Assembly: GCA_045863295.1 (NCBI GenBank)
Contig: BTWA01000008.1
Coordinates: 32,001 to 96,000 of the forward strand
Reading direction: 5' to 3'
DNA length: 64,000 nucleotides
From: Candidatus Hydrogenedentota bacterium
GTDB taxonomy: Bacteria > Hydrogenedentota > Hydrogenedentia > Hydrogenedentales > SLHB01
The notes under the pieces were generated by a model. That model was not told where the DNA came from, did not search any database, and worked only from the letters and a program-made list of their open reading frames with translations. The translations under genes were made by a program, and so were the position numbers. This document shows positions 60,291 through 64,000 of the stretch, one piece after another (positions within the stretch are counted from its first letter, which is position 1; the number at the start of each line of letters is the position of its first letter).

Positions 60291-63200
60291 TTCTAGTGCT
60301 ATTCCTCTTGCATAGTCTGTAGGTTGCTGGAAACAACTCAACCATTCCTTGTTTCTTCAGTTCCATTAACTTTGTACCGGTCAGTACAGTAGGGCGGTCA
60401 TTGCGGTCGGAAAGGACCAGATTGTGCGAATCCGGTTCATTCGAAATCATCCCCCACTGTTCATAAGTAAGTTCAACGGCTTCCGTTTCCAGACACTTAT
60501 CGCTGGCAAGGTAGTATTGCGTGGGAGACCCATCCTTTGCTATCCACTCCCAGGGGAATATGTGCTCAGAATTTTTCGCAACAAAAGTACCGTCTGATCT
60601 AACGAACCGCCCTCCATTGTCTTTAACGAACCCCTGGCCAATGAGAAAATTCTCAATAAGGGGTACTGACGCCGCCTGCTTTCGAGTTGGTCTCGGATCA
60701 GGATCTGCGGTATCTTCTAGCCCTTCCAATTCCTCTACGGTGTCATCAGGGTGTATCTCTCCGAGGTCGCCGTCCCCAAGGATTAATTCCACGCCCAATA
60801 CCGACTCCAAATCTATTACTTTTCTATCGACTGAGAACCCGTCCACAGGATCAATAGCTTCCACATTTAACTCCGGTCTTACTGTTTCAGGCTCAGCCGA
60901 CCGGTCGCAAACCTCCGGTAAGAGTTTGAAATTCTCTTCCAAATAGGCACGAATCTCGTTGGGTTGACGCTCATAGCAATAGCTCATGGCCATTGCAAAG
61001 TCCTCGCGGCCGAACTGCTTGCCAAGCACTTCGGGAACGAGTTTTGCCAATCGAGCGGACTCAGTGCTTGTAACATATAGCATCCCATTCTTCCACACTA
61101 ACGAATGCTGCTCAGCAGGCCCGGCCGGCACGTCGTCCACGTATGGAACAACGCTTAAATGTTCCACATAAACTAACATTGCATTGGATAATTCCGTGGT
61201 CAGCTGCGCAATGCGACTTGCGTCATCATCTTCCATGCCTATATCCAGTCGCTGCAAATGGTATCCAAATTGATTCAACCAAGGTATGGGCATTACTTCA
61301 CCTAATAGTGCGACATTCGAGTCCAAATGAAACTCGACGATTCTTCCAATGGACGGCAGTTGTGAAAACGGTTGCTCAGCCAATACGTCCTGGTGAACTC
61401 GACCAAAGTCCCCAATTCGCCCGAGAAACGGGGGAAAGAGATCAGGACAGTCTTTTCTGTCGGAATAGAGTCCAAACTGAATCGCCCCGGTTGGCACCCA
61501 CTCGTCGCACAGGTTCAGCCAATGACCGCACTCGACCCAAACGCGAGAGGGGTGGCGTGCCATCAGTGCCTTTACCCGGTGCAAGTTCTCTCTAGAGAGT
61601 CTAGACCTGGATGGAAGAGTGCCTAACCAGCCAATCGCGCGCTCAACCGTGGGACGCTCTGCAACTCCCACCTTACTCCATAGTGATAGATCCCTAGCAC
61701 CCGACAAGACAAGTGGCGCATCTGGTACATCATCGTCTGCCGAAGCAACATAGGCATTAGCTGTGGTCACCCACCCATGCTCAGAAGTGAATACAAGGGC
61801 CTCTGACTGAAAGGCCCTCCGTATTTGTTCCTGATCGCTGGTTGAACCATTGCTGGCCATAAGATCGAGACGCCGGTACCACTTGCAGAGTTCATCCCGT
61901 GGCGGATCGCTACTATTCATGAATACACGAACAAGATCCAAGAGCCGTTCTGGCCCATTGCCTTTGTCCTGAACCCCCAGTTTCTTCAGAAGTGGCCTTG
62001 TTTGTTCCGTATCAAGATGACTGTCCACAAACGATTCAATATCTATTAATGCTTCGGTCTCTGCATTTCGGAGAAGCAACTCGTATGGCTTGCATGTATT
62101 ACCCCTCGTATCTGGAAGGCAAGGAAGCTGCTTCAACTTGTGTATCCATAAGGGCGTCACGTAGCCCCAGCTCAGATCACGCCAGTTTTTGGCGGTTGTG
62201 ACTTGCTGGACCACTGCCTGCATCGACTTTTTCCAGAAATCAATCCGTTGGCTGAGGATACAAGTACCCAGTCGGTTCCAAACCCTATCGTCAGTCGTTG
62301 CGCACTCCCGCCAGAAAGTCCACAGTTCATCGTCAAAGTCCCAATCCGTCAGTCGGTATTCGTGAGTGCTAAAACGTGTATAGGCGTCGGTCTTATCGCC
62401 TCGACGTCGGATTTCCTCGTTTATCTCGATTAACTTATACACTTGGGAATAGACGCAGCGAAGTGGGGGGAAGGCAAATGCGCGGGCGTGACCGCTTTCG
62501 ATCCAATCTTTCCACTTCTGTGCGAAGGAAGCCGGCTGCCCGGCCAAATACTCCTCATGCAAGGCGTAGTTATTGAGCCAAATAGGTGGCATGTATGCCA
62601 TTAGGCCGTTGCTTTCGGCGCAGTACAACCCGTCTCTTGCCTGTTTTGTGATTCCACTTCTCACCAGAAACGGGAATTGCTCGTCTACCTTTGCCTCCAC
62701 CTCGGCAGCAATTCTACCAATGCGAATCACATGTTCTTTGGGTGCAGATTTCTGCCGTACAATGGCATCACCAACGAGATTGATGACTTTATCCTTAGGG
62801 GTTGGCCTGTCCAAATGGACAATTTCAAGCACCTCTCTTGCTACCCTTGCTCGCGTCGCCTGGGAGTCATCCATTTCATCTTGGTCAGGCTCCTTAATAT
62901 ACGAGAGCCACTCGCCGTCCAGTATCTTGACGTATTCGTTTACAAGGGCCCAACCGTTCTCGGTACTGATGAGCGGTGTCTCGCCCATACGAACAACGAC
63001 TTCCGACGCCAACAGAGACTGCACACCTCGTACCGGCACTAACCTTACTGCATCGGCTACTTTCGTATCGTAACGTCTTTGCCGCAGTTCAGGCAGTATA
63101 AAAGTCCATAGCCGCAAAAGTTTATGCCAACTGTCGGGCTTGGCAGGGCTGGCTGTCATTAGAGCGGTGAAGACGTCTTTCAGCGCACGAGATTCCAAGT

Positions 63201-64000
63201 ATCCCTTTGCCATAAGCCAATCCCGGCTTTTCAGTGATACGTAGCGGGATAGTGGCGGCCTGTTGCCGTTGTCGAACAGGCGCGTTATTTCCTTACCATC
63301 CCAGATTTCAAACAATTCGGTGGGAATACCGAAGCATTTCTTACTCTGTTGAAGATTTCCATTGTCGTCCAACAGGAGCAGTTGCCCATTTACTGTCTCT
63401 TGAAATGAATCGGCAACAATACTCGCGCACGTCCCGTCGATTCCGGAGTCATTCCTACAAGTGGGCACCAAGCAATAGGCATTAGCTCTTTCCTTTACCG
63501 AGATACTGAAGTTCCCCAACCAACCCAAAGTAGACTGCCCCGCCAAGACTCCAGCCCGTTGGAGTAACCAGCGGTTTGTTGGTGAAATCTCCGGGTCCTT
63601 AATTCCCATTCGGGCAGGATCTTGTATGAATGGTGCATTGACAGCAAAGGGAATGTCGGGAGTCACGTCTGTCGGTAGCACTACATAAAGACGCCCCGGC
63701 AAACCGCAGACCAGTTGAATTTCGCAAGCAAGTAACTGGGCATCGACTTCCTGATCGACGGATCTTTCATCGAGTATTTCTTTCTTGGCATTATCAGGAA
63801 ACGGCTCACGCACTGAATTAATCAACAAGTACCGGGTATCATCGCCGTTAAGTCGAACCCACTTAGAGTTTGGAACGGGTCCTAGGCCATCGTCCTGCCA
63901 CTTAATGACCATCGTGCCTATTGTGAGCTTTCGGATTGACCGGAAGAACAACAGCGAGAGTGGGTTGTTAAGCCACTCTCGAAAGTTGTTTTCTACGTCG
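60277..64000 (-). CDS. Large sacsin-like protein (5' part outside window)
   Basis: LPT..P..PFAVNAPFIQDPAR...NRWLL resembles the sacsin-like ATPase flank; more than 1200 aa. Confidence 0.6.
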   Translation of the reverse strand, partial: DVENNFREWLNNPLSLLFFRSIRKLTIGTMVIKWQDDGLGPVPNSKWVRLNGDDTRYLLINSVREPFPDNAKKEILDERSVDQEVDAQLLACEIQLVCGLPGRLYVVLPTDVTPDIPFAVNAPFIQDPARMGIKDPEISPTNRWLLQRAGVLAGQSTLGWLGNFSISVKERANAYCLVPTCRNDSGIDGTCASIVADSFQETVNGQLLLLDDNGNLQQSKKCFGIPTELFEIWDGKEITRLFDNGNRPPLSRYVSLKSRDWLMAKGYLESRALKDVFTALMTASPAKPDSWHKLLRLWTFILPELRQRRYDTKVADAVRLVPVRGVQSLLASEVVVRMGETPLISTENGWALVNEYVKILDGEWLSYIKEPDQDEMDDSQATRARVAREVLEIVHLDRPTPKDKVINLVGDAIVRQKSAPKEHVIRIGRIAAEVEAKVDEQFPFLVRSGITKQARDGLYCAESNGLMAYMPPIWLNNYALHEEYLAGQPASFAQKWKDWIESGHARAFAFPPLRCVYSQVYKLIEINEEIRRRGDKTDAYTRFSTHEYRLTDWDFDDELWTFWRECATTDDRVWNRLGTCILSQRIDFWKKSMQAVVQQVTTAKNWRDLSWGYVTPLWIHKLKQLPCLPDTRGNTCKPYELLLRNAETEALIDIESFVDSHLDTEQTRPLLKKLGVQDKGNGPERLLDLVRVFMNSSDPPRDELCKWYRRLDLMASNGSTSDQEQIRRAFQSEALVFTSEHGWVTTANAYVASADDDVPDAPLVLSGARDLSLWSKVGVAERPTVERAIGWLGTLPSRSRLSRENLHRVKALMARHPSRVWVECGHWLNLCDEWVPTGAIQFGLYSDRKDCPDLFPPFLGRIGDFGRVHQDVLAEQPFSQLPSIGRIVEFHLDSNVALLGEVMPIPWLNQFGYHLQRLDIGMEDDDASRIAQLTTELSNAMLVYVEHLSVVPYVDDVPAGPAEQHSLVWKNGMLYVTSTESARLAKLVPEVLGKQFGREDFAMAMSYCYERQPNEIRAYLEENFKLLPEVCDRSAEPETVRPELNVEAIDPVDGFSVDRKVIDLESVLGVELILGDGDLGEIHPDDTVEELEGLEDTADPDPRPTRKQAASVPLIENFLIGQGFVKDNGGRFVRSDGTFVAKNSEHIFPWEWIAKDGSPTQYYLASDKCLETEAVELTYEQWGMISNEPDSHNLVLSDRNDRPTVLTGTKLMELKKQGMVELFPATYRLCKRNSTRNECF

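Larger units (their letters stand above)
38543..64000. mobile_element. Element 2 / defence island (right end not seen in window)
   Basis: Second integrase beside the tRNA remnant; TerS-, Rep- and DUF1580-like genes; defence cargo; no further att copy noticed. Confidence 0.6.

Overview
GC-rich bacterial chromosomal window. The gene content resembles Ca. Hydrogenedentes or Planctomycetota, which is an inference. Bases 1-33.4 kb are mostly host genes: holA, a sugar ABC binding protein and permease, mnmG, a ceramidase-like gene with an internal TAA, a Rex-led trimeric [FeFe]-hydrogenase operon with signalling genes, a BlaI/BlaR1(M56) pair, a glycosyltransferase and a very large ECF sigma-redoxin fusion. 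From tRNA-Val(TAC) at 33407 onward the window is accessory DNA. (i) A 5,059-bp integrated element has its attachment site inside its own integrase gene, so integration swaps an 87-aa C-terminus for 6 aa; the element also supplies a variant tRNA 3' half. (ii) A second, related satellite-like element carries an integrase, TerS-like, Rep-like and DUF1580-like genes. (iii) A defence island follows (DUF499 ATPase-HEPN, DUF1156 methylase, SIR2-like, GxxExxY, ParA/AlbA_2, DUF262, sacsin-like), punctuated by two families of short inverted repeats. The most unusual feature is a complete four-helix-bundle (Avd/IVS-like) gene nested in a second frame inside the still-open DUF1156 methylase gene and closed off by inverted 7-mer repeat arms.
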